A stretch of DNA of 64,000 nt from Candidatus Latescibacterota bacterium (GTDB lineage: Bacteria > Latescibacterota > UBA2968 > GCA-2709665): positions 3,296,001 to 3,360,000 of the forward strand of contig OZ242358.1 in NCBI GenBank assembly GCA_965208835.1, read 5' to 3'. A program made the translations under genes and the position numbers. The notes under the pieces are model-generated. The model was not told the DNA's origin and searched no databases. It saw only the letters and a program-made list of their open reading frames with translations. Shown piece by piece: positions 38,772-48,645 of the stretch; position 1 is the stretch's first letter; each line of letters opens with the position of its first letter.

Positions 38772-39026
38772 CGTTACTTCCTCAATTAATGTTGATTCTC
38801 TCTTCCCATCGCAGACATTGTCCTTGCGGGCTGCGAACCTGCGTCAGCAGGATTGGCGAAGTGGCGAAATCATCGAGCCACAGCCCGTCGTTTTGCACGT
38901 TTGCGACGCGCACCCTCAGGCCAAGCTCTAAGGTGGCTGAAATACAATGCACGCCCGAAGGGTTTCCGGCTCTCCGGCCATTGTACCCCGGGGACGCCTC
39001 TCAGTCATTTGGCCTTGCGCTACTTA

Positions 39027-39770
39027 CTATCGAACCTTGCAGATGACCACCTGCTTGCTCGCGTCACCGGAGAATGCCGCACCGTCGAAATTTCCAACTC
39101 GGGATTCAATGAGAAATCCATTGTAGTGAAGAAGAGCTTCAAGCTCGGCGGGGAACAGCATTCTCAGTCGCAATTCATGTCGAGAGACCTCCTGGTCGGC
39201 TTCGTCGAGAATCCGGTACGTGCCCGCATTTAACTGAAGCGCACGGTCGTACCGCCCCTGTAATTCAACGCGGAGCCGATGACCAGTTTGCGGATCTGAA
39301 ATGGTCTTGACCGGGGACCACCTGTCAGGATCGAGACTGCGCCATGACAGGCTCGGGTTGAACACATCAAACGCGAAGCATCCGCCTTCCGCCAGAGACT
39401 CGCGTACGCACCCAAGCGCGCGCTCAATGTCATCGCGGGTGTGCAGATGGAGGAACGAGTTGTTCGCTACGAAAATGAGGCTCTGTGGTATGGGCGGCCG
39501 ATATGAACGGAAATCGTCTTCAACCCAGTCAATCGTCAGACCTTCCTCCAAAGCCTTTTTCTTGCCGGTTTCGAGCATTGAATTTGATGGGTCCACAGCG
39601 GTTACCGAAGACCCGCGCTTCGCGAGCGGTATCGCTATCCGACCGGTGCCCGCGCCAAGTTCGAGAACGGGTCCAGGATACTGTGCAGCAAGACCCAGGT
39701 AGAAATCGATACCGTCATCGTGACCAAACAGGGCGTCGTAGAGGAAACCATCGTCGTAGATCGAAGACAC
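39027..39770 (-). CDS. Class I SAM-dependent methyltransferase
   Basis: VLELGAGTGR, NSFLHL, ELEALLHYNGF. Confidence 0.92.
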   Translation of the reverse strand: MSSIYDDGFLYDALFGHDDGIDFYLGLAAQYPGPVLELGAGTGRIAIPLAKRGSSVTAVDPSNSMLETGKKKALEEGLTIDWVEDDFRSYRPPIPQSLIFVANNSFLHLHTRDDIERALGCVRESLAEGGCFAFDVFNPSLSWRSLDPDRWSPVKTISDPQTGHRLRVELQGRYDRALQLNAGTYRILDEADQEVSRHELRLRMLFPAELEALLHYNGFLIESRVGNFDGAAFSGDASKQVVICKVR

Positions 39771-39871
39771 GCAGACACCTCGTTGGAAGGGACTCGCTCT
39801 GGATGGGGTGATTGCCGGTTGTGTGCATGATTTTCCGAGATCGGGTGGTTGGGCAATCCATCGCCATTTGC

Positions 39872-39957
39872 GTGTAACATCCTCGCCGTGCGCGAACTGC
39901 CGCAGGCAGTTGCAGCGAAAGTGCCTGAGCAGCGACCCGCGCCCGGTCGTGTTAGCC
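39872..39957 (-). repeat. attC-like site (86 bp)
   Basis: Minus strand GGCTAAC...GTTACAC; CCGTGCGCG/CGCGCCCGG arms; AACTGCC-GCA-GGCAGTT hairpin. Confidence 0.6.
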
Positions 39958-39985
39958 GCCGAATCTATCTGTACACCAGCATGGT

Positions 39986-40534
39986 TCAGAAATGACTCGG
40001 ATTGTCGATGCGAAACGCAAGTTGTGTGATCTTGCCTTCCCCGAATACGCTCTCCTCAACTTTATCCAGCTGAGGAACTCTTGTGAAGCCGACCTTTGTG
40101 AATAGATTGATGCTGGGCTGATTATGTTCATATATACCTGCGACTATGTAATTCAATCCAAGTTCGCGGAAGATATAGTCCACGGAGAGACGAACGGCTT
40201 CCGTCCCGTATCCCTGGAATCTATATTGCTCGTAAATCCAAATCCCCAAGTCAGGCTCTCGGTGTGCAGGAGCTAGACTGGAACGACCAATGGGCGTTTG
40301 ATCCTGCAAATTGACAATCGTCGCATTGAACCGCTGTGGGGGTCTGTCAGGGTTCGTGAAATTTGCCAGGAAGTATTCGTACCCCTCATCCTCGTGTCTG
40401 GAGTTAAAGTTACGCTGTGTTTCCGAGTCCTTCCAAGTCTCGTAGAATGGCCTGTAGTCCTCATGTAAGAACTCCGCAAGGGCGACTTCCCTCCCTCGTC
40501 TGTAAAAGGATCGTGTCGAGACCGCTGAGCACAT
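39986..40534 (-). CDS. RimJ/RimL-type GNAT acetyltransferase
   Basis: YRFQGYGTEA, NQPSINLFTKVGF; start uncertain. Confidence 0.85.
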   Translation of the reverse strand: MCSAVSTRSFYRRGREVALAEFLHEDYRPFYETWKDSETQRNFNSRHEDEGYEYFLANFTNPDRPPQRFNATIVNLQDQTPIGRSSLAPAHREPDLGIWIYEQYRFQGYGTEAVRLSVDYIFRELGLNYIVAGIYEHNQPSINLFTKVGFTRVPQLDKVEESVFGEGKITQLAFRIDNPSHF

Positions 40535-40554
40535 GGTCATCCTCAGCCCAGGAG

Positions 40555-40700
40555 CGTGTCGCAAAAGACGACGCTCCACGAATTTGCCCTGCTGACGATT
40601 GTTACTTTCAGACCCCAGAATCGCTACAGAGATCCCTAATTTCTCGCTGGTCAGGCAGCGCGCCCGTTTCGTCTTTGGATCTGGGATATTGGGCTTTCAT
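40555..40700 (-). pseudogene. 5' stub of a paralog of the phosphotransferase at 32782-33759
   Basis: MKAQYPRSKDETGALPDQREIRDLC vs MEAIYPRSRDETGPLPDQREIVDLC, then frameshift and truncation. Confidence 0.85.
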
Positions 40701-40814
40701 TGATTCTCTCAGCCCGGAACCGGCCGTAACGGCGCATTGTAGGTAACGTTTTGTGGATTAATGAACCGGCTTAGCCGGTCGGCGAAACCCAGGCCGCGTG
40801 AAGGCGGCGCAGCA

Positions 40815-40976
40815 TTAACCCACTGTAATCGGTCGTGGAAACTCCGTGAACTGGGCGCCTACAATAGCAGTGTGATTCAGTGAAAAATATCGCCCCGTTT
40901 GATGACTGAGCAGCAACCCTTCGCTCCCAAATTCTTGAGAAACAAACCGATCGTCACATCGTCCATACGTCTTCAT
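40815..40976 (-). pseudogene. Truncated PqqD/RiPP-recognition-element protein (53 aa)
   Basis: FVSQEFGSEGLLLSHQTGRYFSLNHTA; AAGGGG RBS; below the ORF-track cutoff. Confidence 0.6.
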
Positions 40977-41035
40977 TTCATGTCCCCTTTATCAAAATCG
41001 AGTACGTCATTTCGATGAGCTTGCTTTACTCATAA

Positions 41036-42874
41036 CTATGCCTGATTGTCCGTGTAACGAATTGCTTGCCGCGTGAACATTGATGAGTACACGCCCTTGA
41101 TCGACATCAACTCCTCGTGCGTGCCCTCCTCCACGACTCTACCATCTTCAAGGACAACGATCCTGTCAGAAATTCTAGCAAGGGAAAGCCGATGTGTAAT
41201 AATCACGGAAGTTTTGTCCTTAGCAATGTCTGCCAGAAGGGAGTGTATTTCATGCTCCGATTTCGGATCCAGGGCCGCAGTAGGCTCGTCCAGGATTACC
41301 AAGCCGCATCGCGACAGCCTCAGGAAGGCTCGAGCAAGTGCTACCCGCTGCCACTCCCCCCCGGATAGTTCAATACCGTCATCGAGTTCCCTTGTTAAGT
41401 GCCTGTCCATAAATCCTGGCCGCGTCTTAAGAACTTCATGAAGTCCGGCACCGGTGGCTGCGGCTTCAATAGCATCCCTATCACACAGGTTGTCAATTGA
41501 CCCGATGCCAATGTTCTCTGCCCCCGAAAGCGGAAACCGGGCGAAGTCCTGCATCACCGTACCGATTCTTCGTCTTAGATCCACTAAGCCAATTTCCCTG
41601 ATATCCATACCATTCCAGGAAATTGATCCCTTCACAGGGTCGAAGAGCCGACATAGCAACTTTACAAGCGTGGTTTTTCCTGCTCCGTTCTCTCCAACAA
41701 TTGCAACTGTCTCCCCGTCTCGAATTCTCAGATTAATGTCTTTCAGTACAAGACGAGTCTCACCGGGATACGAGAAGGACAGTCCGTCAATGTCAATGAC
41801 TGACTCATCTCGTTCAACGATTTCTCCGCCTTGATCCTTCAGTTCCGGTTCAAGATTGAGAATGCGAAAGATAGGCCCGGTAGCTAACCCAACAGTCCGA
41901 AGCTCGGACGCATTGCTGACCACGATGAAGATGCCGCGCTGTACCTGGAACACAAGACCAGCGTAGAGCGCTAGATCGCCGACCGAAAAACGCCCATCCA
42001 AGACTGCGAGAACAACGTACACGAACGGCGCACCTACTCCGACAACGCTGAGTAGCGACCAAAATAGAATCTGATAAGTTCCACGCCTCGTCACCTCGTA
42101 GCTTTCTCTGAAGGCAGACCAAAACTTTTCCTTCCAGCGATCGAGTATCAACGACTGGATCCCGAACAACCGAAGCTCCTTTGCGAATTCCTTCGAAGTC
42201 AGGATCCTTTCGAAAATCCCGACCTGCCTTTGAAGACTTGCTTGTCGCGCCTCTACGTTCCACTCCTTTTGTTCGTAATAGAACTGAACACAAACGGACG
42301 GCACCATCAGGCCGAAAATCACGAGCGGAACCCACCACTCGATCGAAGCTGACAGAACCAATACAGGAATCACCACGAACGTTCCGATCAAGAGATTCCC
42401 AACTACGGCGGTAAGACTCCTTAGTCTGCCAACTCCGCGAAGCGCAAGCTCGAGTTCGTTCAATAGCTCGGGTGTCTCAAAAAGTGCTATATCGTTAAAC
42501 ATTGCGATCTTATGATATACCCTCTCCTTTATTCTGCCCTCAACAACCCGCCCAAAAATCCCCACTCGGAATCCCTGAATCGTCTCGATGGAGTCCATCA
42601 GAAGATTGCATGTAACAAAGGCAATCATCCCGACGATAAGAGCAACTGACAAAGATGCATCAACTGAATAGTCCTTGTGCTCCACGACTTCATCAATTAC
42701 TATCTTCTGAATGTACAGGATCGCAGCTGGTCCTGACCCGAGGCCTAGCGTTAGGACAACCAGGCGCACTGTCTGACTTGGGGCAGTACGGACAACCATT
42801 GCCACGCTGGCACAAACGTTTCGAAACTCTTTTGTCATTTCTCTGATTAGGAAATTCATTCGATGATCAGACAT
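41036..42874 (-). CDS. ABC exporter, fused permease/ATPase
   Basis: AKELRLFG, GENGAGKT, LSGGEWQR, LDEPT. Confidence 0.93.
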   Translation of the reverse strand: MSDHRMNFLIREMTKEFRNVCASVAMVVRTAPSQTVRLVVLTLGLGSGPAAILYIQKIVIDEVVEHKDYSVDASLSVALIVGMIAFVTCNLLMDSIETIQGFRVGIFGRVVEGRIKERVYHKIAMFNDIALFETPELLNELELALRGVGRLRSLTAVVGNLLIGTFVVIPVLVLSASIEWWVPLVIFGLMVPSVCVQFYYEQKEWNVEARQASLQRQVGIFERILTSKEFAKELRLFGIQSLILDRWKEKFWSAFRESYEVTRRGTYQILFWSLLSVVGVGAPFVYVVLAVLDGRFSVGDLALYAGLVFQVQRGIFIVVSNASELRTVGLATGPIFRILNLEPELKDQGGEIVERDESVIDIDGLSFSYPGETRLVLKDINLRIRDGETVAIVGENGAGKTTLVKLLCRLFDPVKGSISWNGMDIREIGLVDLRRRIGTVMQDFARFPLSGAENIGIGSIDNLCDRDAIEAAATGAGLHEVLKTRPGFMDRHLTRELDDGIELSGGEWQRVALARAFLRLSRCGLVILDEPTAALDPKSEHEIHSLLADIAKDKTSVIITHRLSLARISDRIVVLEDGRVVEEGTHEELMSIKGVYSSMFTRQAIRYTDNQA

Positions 42875-42977
42875 TGTGCCCCGGAACGAGATATTGTCAG
42901 ATGATGTGGATGGCGTGGCGGCCGCTTTCGGGCGAAGCCCTAACGGGCAAACACAGTGGGCATAACATAGCAGATGT

Positions 42978-43943
42978 TTATTTAGAAGTGGCTCTTGAAG
43001 TCTCGGCGGAGTCCTCACTTCTTCCAATCGCGCCTATCGAACCAAGCATCGAGCCGATCATGACCAGAAGGGCTCCTGCCAGACTGAGGCTGTTGAGTTC
43101 TTCCGGCTTAAGGAGATCCGGAAGCATAGGAGCAAAAAGGGTCATACCTGCTACTGTGATAAGGGGTGTCGTGGCAAGGACAACGCCGACTCTGGATGCC
43201 TCGATGTGGTCAAGTGCTTCTGCAAAACTCAGATAGGAAATGAGTGTAATCAGCGCACAAAGTGTAAGCAATGCAGATTGGAGCCGACTCAATTGAAACA
43301 ACTCAGTGGGATGCGAAAACGGCAAAAAGATCAGTGAGCCCGCCAGATAGATGAGAAACATAATTGACTCAGAGGGAAGAGATTTCAGCAATTGCTTCTG
43401 AGATAAGGCGTATACGGCCCAGGATGCGGCGGCAGCAATCGTGATCAGAATCCCGGGTAACAGTGAACCGGCACCCGAGAGGATTTCTGAATACCGCTGA
43501 TTGAAAAACAGAACCAACCCGATGATCAATGTGATGAGTCCAAGACCTTGTAACGTACTGAAAGATTCCCGGAAGATGCCAAGACTGCCTATCAACAAGA
43601 ACATGGGCGCTGCTTGAATGACCACTTGAACGGTGCTGGGCGATACAAATTCCAATCCCCACAGGTAGAGTGCGAAATTTCCACACAATCCTGCAACTGC
43701 TAGGAATAATAGTAGAAGCTTGAAACCCCGGAGTCGAAAGGCTTGAGAAAGCCCATTTTTTCGGGCAACGACTATTGCCAATAATAGGGCAGCTACGCCG
43801 AAGCGGAACCATGTGATCGTAATCACATCCAGACTGCTCAACAAGCCTTTCAGGACAATGGGCAATATTCCGAATAGAAGTGCTGTCAAGATGGACAGCA
43901 TCAATCCATATTGCCAGTGACCGGTAGGTCTATGGATATTCAT
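42978..43943 (-). CDS. DMT/EamA family transporter
   Basis: About ten TM segments; ITWFRF; SFAEALDHIEASRV. Confidence 0.9.
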   Translation of the reverse strand: MNIHRPTGHWQYGLMLSILTALLFGILPIVLKGLLSSLDVITITWFRFGVAALLLAIVVARKNGLSQAFRLRGFKLLLLFLAVAGLCGNFALYLWGLEFVSPSTVQVVIQAAPMFLLIGSLGIFRESFSTLQGLGLITLIIGLVLFFNQRYSEILSGAGSLLPGILITIAAAASWAVYALSQKQLLKSLPSESIMFLIYLAGSLIFLPFSHPTELFQLSRLQSALLTLCALITLISYLSFAEALDHIEASRVGVVLATTPLITVAGMTLFAPMLPDLLKPEELNSLSLAGALLVMIGSMLGSIGAIGRSEDSAETSRATSK

Positions 43944-44043
43944 CCAACGGTTCCGATTTGCTGTTATCGAGTTCTGTGCCTGATTTGGCAATTGGGGTGG
44001 TTGTGTTCTTACGACACGTTCGTGTTATCGTCGTTACTGCTTT

Positions 44044-44100
44044 CGAACTCGCTAATCGAGTTGCCGATGGACAAGGTGGCGTAGCCCGCAGCCAGCCGTT
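44044..44100 (-). repeat. Core of the attC-like family
   Basis: CGAACTCGCTAATCGAGTTGCCGATGGACAAGG, similar to 27748-27780. Confidence 0.45.
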
Positions 44101-44108
44101 GCTTTTTT

Positions 44109-44615
44109 TTACGAGATCGTCCCCTGAATCCGAATGGTTCCCTCCAACAGTATCTCCCCGTGCTCGTCCTTCCGCTCGGCCTGCCAGTATCTTCGCGCCC
44201 TCTCGAACATCGATGCAAGGGTTTCCGACGCTTCGAAGTAACTTATCAGGTTCATATCGGCAGTGAACGCGCGCGCGCATTCAAGAATCTCGACATCATA
44301 CAGTTCGCACGCTTCCCTGTGGGAGTCGAATCGTCTGGCCGCACTCGCTTCCGGCCAGAGAAAGAGGCATTCAAACCGACTTGGCCTATTTGGAAATTCC
44401 CGTTGCCGAACGGTCTCCCACGCGAGTTCCAACATCGCACGACCTGTCTCGGCGGCATTTGGAACCGTTACCGCAGGAGAGCCCGTTTGGACTTCGATCA
44501 GGACCTGACGCATCAGATAGTTCTTGAAGTCTCCGGGCCTTACAACGGTTCCGGAGCAAAGGCCGGACTTCGCCGACCAATACAGGTGAGTTCCCGGTCC
44601 GATTTCACGAGACAT
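44109..44615 (-). CDS. DUF2441 family protein
   Basis: ELAWETVRQREFPNRPSRFECLF...ARRYW...EILLEG. Confidence 0.75.
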   Translation of the reverse strand: MSREIGPGTHLYWSAKSGLCSGTVVRPGDFKNYLMRQVLIEVQTGSPAVTVPNAAETGRAMLELAWETVRQREFPNRPSRFECLFLWPEASAARRFDSHREACELYDVEILECARAFTADMNLISYFEASETLASMFERARRYWQAERKDEHGEILLEGTIRIQGTIS

Positions 44616-44791
44616 TGAATAGGATCTCGCCCACGCGGTTACAGGTTGCAATATGGTTTTTCAGGGCTGCCACGGTATTGTCTTGCACCAATTCACGCCA
44701 GAGAGCCCTTGCGTGAAACGTCCGGAGAACTTGCCGCAGGCAAGCTGGAAAAGGGCTGGGACGCCAAGAGCCGCAAGCGCTGTCGGTTCGA

Positions 44792-44945
44792 TCATACACG
44801 GGCTTGAAGAACGCCATGGGCGTCAGAACCGTTGTCTGATTGATCGAATTGTATCGTACAGTCAGAAAAGCCAGCATCCAGAATCAGCCTGAGATTGGTT
44901 TCCACACTGAGTCTGATATCATAGTTCCATTCTCCCTGTCTGCCT
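44792..44945 (-). pseudogene. Probable C-terminal fragment of a methyltransferase
   Basis: WNYDIRLSVETNLRLILDAGF resembles MTase C-termini; no SAM motif. Confidence 0.35.
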
Positions 44946-44988
44946 CCCGGAAGCTTTGCAATCCACGCGGATATGGCGTGAAGGCATC

Positions 44989-46002
44989 TCAAGACGTTCG
45001 ATCATCGAGGAACCGGATTGCCTCGGCATCGAGCGTCGCACCGCAGTCCGCTAATGCGCGCAACGCCTCGAGCCTGTCTCGTTCGACGGCGAACTGTGCT
45101 GGTGAGCGACCGAAGTTGTCCAGGTCGTCAAGCGAAACACCCCGCATGTGCAGGTACTCGACCATCGCAGGGAGGTTCTCGTTTGCCGCAACGTGCATCA
45201 ACGTGCCTCGTTCTCCGTCAAAGTGGCCGATATTGCATCTCGCATGTAGATCCGCGTCCTCCAGCGCATCCAGGCGTTCGGTCATCTGCGCTTGGACGAG
45301 ATGCCTGGGTGTCAACGAGACGCCCGCCCCTGCGAAGATCTCCATGAGCTCGACGTGACCGTGGTCGGCGATGGTGCCGAGCGCGTCGAAGCCCCACTCG
45401 GTAGTCACGGTGGGGTCGGCGCCGCGTTCAAACAGATACCGGGCGAATCGTTTCATACCCAGCCAGCCAACGTAACCGAGTGGCGTCTCGCCGCCATCCC
45501 CGATCGTGTTTATTGGGGTACCGCGATCGATCAGGAGTGACGCCATCGCAATGTGCTGGTCGGTCGTCTGGTCACCGCCGTCCTTTGCCCATCGTGGCAT
45601 CGCCAGATGCAGAAGTGACGCCCCACGCTCGACGCCAAGCTCCTTTTTGTAGACCCGTGCCCTCGCCAGATAGGGAAACGCATCGAGGATCCCGGCGACA
45701 GTGTCGAAATCCAACGCCTTTACCGCTTCTTTAAGCGCTTCAAACGTCTCGCGGGGTGCGACAGGGATGTTCTCCGAAAAGCATCGACTAAGATGAAATG
45801 GCCCCTCAAACCCACGTTCACGGGCAAGAGCGATGGAACAGTTGTGCGGCGTCGCACCTTCTTGAATAGCCGCATCGCTGAAGGGCTCGAGGATCGGGAA
45901 CGCGTTACGGTAACGCGCAATTGCCTCGCGGTCACCGTTTTGAATTGCCGCATGCATTATCTTTCCATCGGTGCTCTCGTCCGGTCTTGCTTCTGCTGTC
46001 AT
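44989..46002 (-). CDS. Ankyrin repeat protein
   Basis: ASLLHLA, ETPLGY...RGADP, TLMHVAA, GRSPAQFA. Confidence 0.85.
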   Translation of the reverse strand: MTAEARPDESTDGKIMHAAIQNGDREAIARYRNAFPILEPFSDAAIQEGATPHNCSIALARERGFEGPFHLSRCFSENIPVAPRETFEALKEAVKALDFDTVAGILDAFPYLARARVYKKELGVERGASLLHLAMPRWAKDGGDQTTDQHIAMASLLIDRGTPINTIGDGGETPLGYVGWLGMKRFARYLFERGADPTVTTEWGFDALGTIADHGHVELMEIFAGAGVSLTPRHLVQAQMTERLDALEDADLHARCNIGHFDGERGTLMHVAANENLPAMVEYLHMRGVSLDDLDNFGRSPAQFAVERDRLEALRALADCGATLDAEAIRFLDDRTS

Positions 46003-46131
46003 ATATGTTCCTTTGGGGCTGGGCGGCAAACTCACTCAGCGCGCATTGGCATAGCCGCGGCATTACCGAACAGCCACGGAAATTCGTTTCTGGTTGGATG
46101 AACCAGGAAAATTGGGCAAACCCACCATACA

Positions 46132-47574
46132 TCACCTACCCTTCAATCCCGCCAGATATTCGGCGACTTCGTTTTGTCCCGCGTGCCGTGCCCAGTCTTC
46201 CGGCGTGGCGTTGTGTCGATGATCTCTGATGTTTATGTCGATTCCTTTGCCGACGAGATAGACCACCTGTTCCATTCGACCGGCGAAGGCGCATTCGTGC
46301 AGAATGCTGGCCGGCTCGTGGGTACTCCATCTGGTGTTGATATTCGCGCCGTGATCCAGGAGATAGTCCGCGACTTGATAATTGCCGTTCTGCACAGCCC
46401 ATGCCAATGCCCTGTCGACGATCTCCTGAACGCCGACCAATGGTGATTCCCCGGGTGGGCAGGAATACAGGGATGGATCGCCCAACCTCGGGAAGCCGTT
46501 GGTGAACCTCTTTGCGACAGCTTCCATGTTGCCCAGACCGGCAGCGTGGGGCAGATCGTCAGGCACGGGCCAGATCTGCGACAGGGCCGGAACATAGTCG
46601 GCATTCCCGTATTCGAGAGCATAGAGGATGGCGCGCGACGCCGGCGGTTCAGCCACCGTAGTTATGGCCGCGCCGCTCGTGATCACGGCTTTGATCACCG
46701 GGAGTTTTCCTTCGGAGCAGGCCGCGACTGCAAGCAGCATCTCCTGGGTCTCGAGATAGCGGGGACCGAGAAGAAAGGGTTCGGTCGAAAACAGATCGCG
46801 GATGGATTCCGAGTCTCCGTCGTCCAGGGCAGCGAGCAGGCGCAATTCCACGGCCCGACGCCAGATCAGGCCGGGTTCGCCGTCCGCCTCCCGGTACGAG
46901 CGCGCCTGTCTTCCCCCTTCCGGCCGCTGTTCCAGGAGGAAGTCGACAAAGTCCGTTCTCCCCTGCCATGCCTCCACCCTTGTCCGGAGATCGTCGTCGA
47001 GCTGAAGGCAACAGCCTATCAGGAAGTGCGCGATGTCGCGATGACCCAGCCGGCAGGCGTAGAGAAACGCGTCGGCAACGATCAACGGATCATCCGCGGG
47101 ATCGGGCCAGTCCGCCTCAGCACCGTTGTATCCGGTACGCAGTTCCGCCTCCGGGCGTCCGACGTCGGACAGGAAGCCGGCAGGGTCGAAACATCCCCGC
47201 ACGCTTTCGAGATCGCCCCTCGCGGTCAACGTTCGGAGGTTTTCCGGCAGTACGCCCTTCTCGTCAAACAGCGCCAGCATGCCGTGGGCGCCGGTGTCGA
47301 TTGCCCTCAAGTAGACACGGGGATCCATAACCGCGCCAGCGTCGAGCAGAAGGCGGGCACAGTCGGGCCGGTTGTAGACGCCTTCATTCTCGGCGCCGGG
47401 AAAGTTGGCATACGAAATGGTGGCGTAAAGCAGAACGCCGCACTCGTCGTCCGGATTGTACCACATGAGCAGGCCCGGGTGCTCCGCAACGAGACTCTCA
47501 AGGCGAGCGGTATCGTTGGCGTCGATGGCCTTCACGGCTGCTTCTACAGCCCAATTCAACTCAGGAGCGGGCAT
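46132..47574 (-). CDS. Ankyrin repeat protein
   Basis: ALAWAVQNG...LLDHGANIN; ILHECA...KGIDIN. Confidence 0.85.
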   Translation of the reverse strand: MPAPELNWAVEAAVKAIDANDTARLESLVAEHPGLLMWYNPDDECGVLLYATISYANFPGAENEGVYNRPDCARLLLDAGAVMDPRVYLRAIDTGAHGMLALFDEKGVLPENLRTLTARGDLESVRGCFDPAGFLSDVGRPEAELRTGYNGAEADWPDPADDPLIVADAFLYACRLGHRDIAHFLIGCCLQLDDDLRTRVEAWQGRTDFVDFLLEQRPEGGRQARSYREADGEPGLIWRRAVELRLLAALDDGDSESIRDLFSTEPFLLGPRYLETQEMLLAVAACSEGKLPVIKAVITSGAAITTVAEPPASRAILYALEYGNADYVPALSQIWPVPDDLPHAAGLGNMEAVAKRFTNGFPRLGDPSLYSCPPGESPLVGVQEIVDRALAWAVQNGNYQVADYLLDHGANINTRWSTHEPASILHECAFAGRMEQVVYLVGKGIDINIRDHRHNATPEDWARHAGQNEVAEYLAGLKGR

Positions 47575-47589
47575 CGGTATTTCTGTCTC

Positions 47590-48541
47590 CTACATGAGAT
47601 AGCGAAACGCATCCCTGGCACGCTGGAGCCTGGTTGTATCATCAACCAGACGGGCCAACCTGTGGAAACCATAGAGTGTTTTAATCCGATGAGTAAGCCT
47701 GGCGCGATCTCTCCTCAGGGCGCCGGATTCCCAATAGATCCGGGGTGCAGGGATCCTCTTCAGCCGGCGCTTCCGTCCCGAGTTCGTCCTCGACATACGG
47801 CAGCGATCTCCACAGGCGAACATGACGATGGTGAGCCTCAAGTCCTTCCTGCGCCAGGTCATGGTAGCCACACTCATAGAGATCGATCAGCGAAGCGGCA
47901 TGGTTGATAACGTGCCACAATCCCCCGTATCCCTGTCTCCGTTCGGCAGCTGTCTCAAGAAGCTCATCCAACACCGCTTCGATCATGCCCTCCAGATTGG
48001 AATACGGTGGAAAGTCTCGTTGTTCCGGCAACGTGATCATGTCTCCGTCGATCCGACCCTTTTCCCTCCCGTAGTAACCGCTGCCAGCCGATGCCCGGTC
48101 AAAGCCCCCGATCAATCTGCATAAGCCATCGATGATAGACGATGTTGCGTGCTGGGGGTACTCCTGAAGCGCCCGAATGGAAAGAGAGGCGAAGATCACG
48201 TTGTGACCTGAGGAGCGTGTTTCTCCGATGTTCCTGGAGAGGACCTGTGCGATGCGGTCAATCTGATCTACCTGCACGGCTTCGTCCGGATACGGCACAA
48301 ACAGTTCCGACGTTGTGATGGATCCGCCTTCGCCGGGGTCGAATACCGACTCTCCATTGAGGACACGATCCAGTTCTTTCTCTATACCCGCATGAACCTT
48401 CCTGTCCAATTCACCGTGTTCCTTACTGAAGAGATAGCCGGCGACCAGGGTAGCGCCCAAATGTCCGGTCATGGTATTCGCAAGGTGGGCTCGGCTCAGT
48501 CCCAACAGCCCCTTTTCCAGATACTCAGGTCTAACCGCCAT
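47590..48541 (-). pseudogene. Hypothetical protein, probably frameshifted near 47738
   Basis: ...EEDPCTPD continues as YWESGALRRDRARLTHRIKTLYGF...FRYLM in another frame ending next to the following gene. Confidence 0.6.
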
Positions 48542-48645
48542 ATATCATCTCCACGTCTTGACGGCGTCAGTCAGGCAACTCCCAAATGGATTTCCGTCGC
48601 ATTTTGCAACAGATTCTTATTGATAACGAGTCCGCGGGACGTCGG

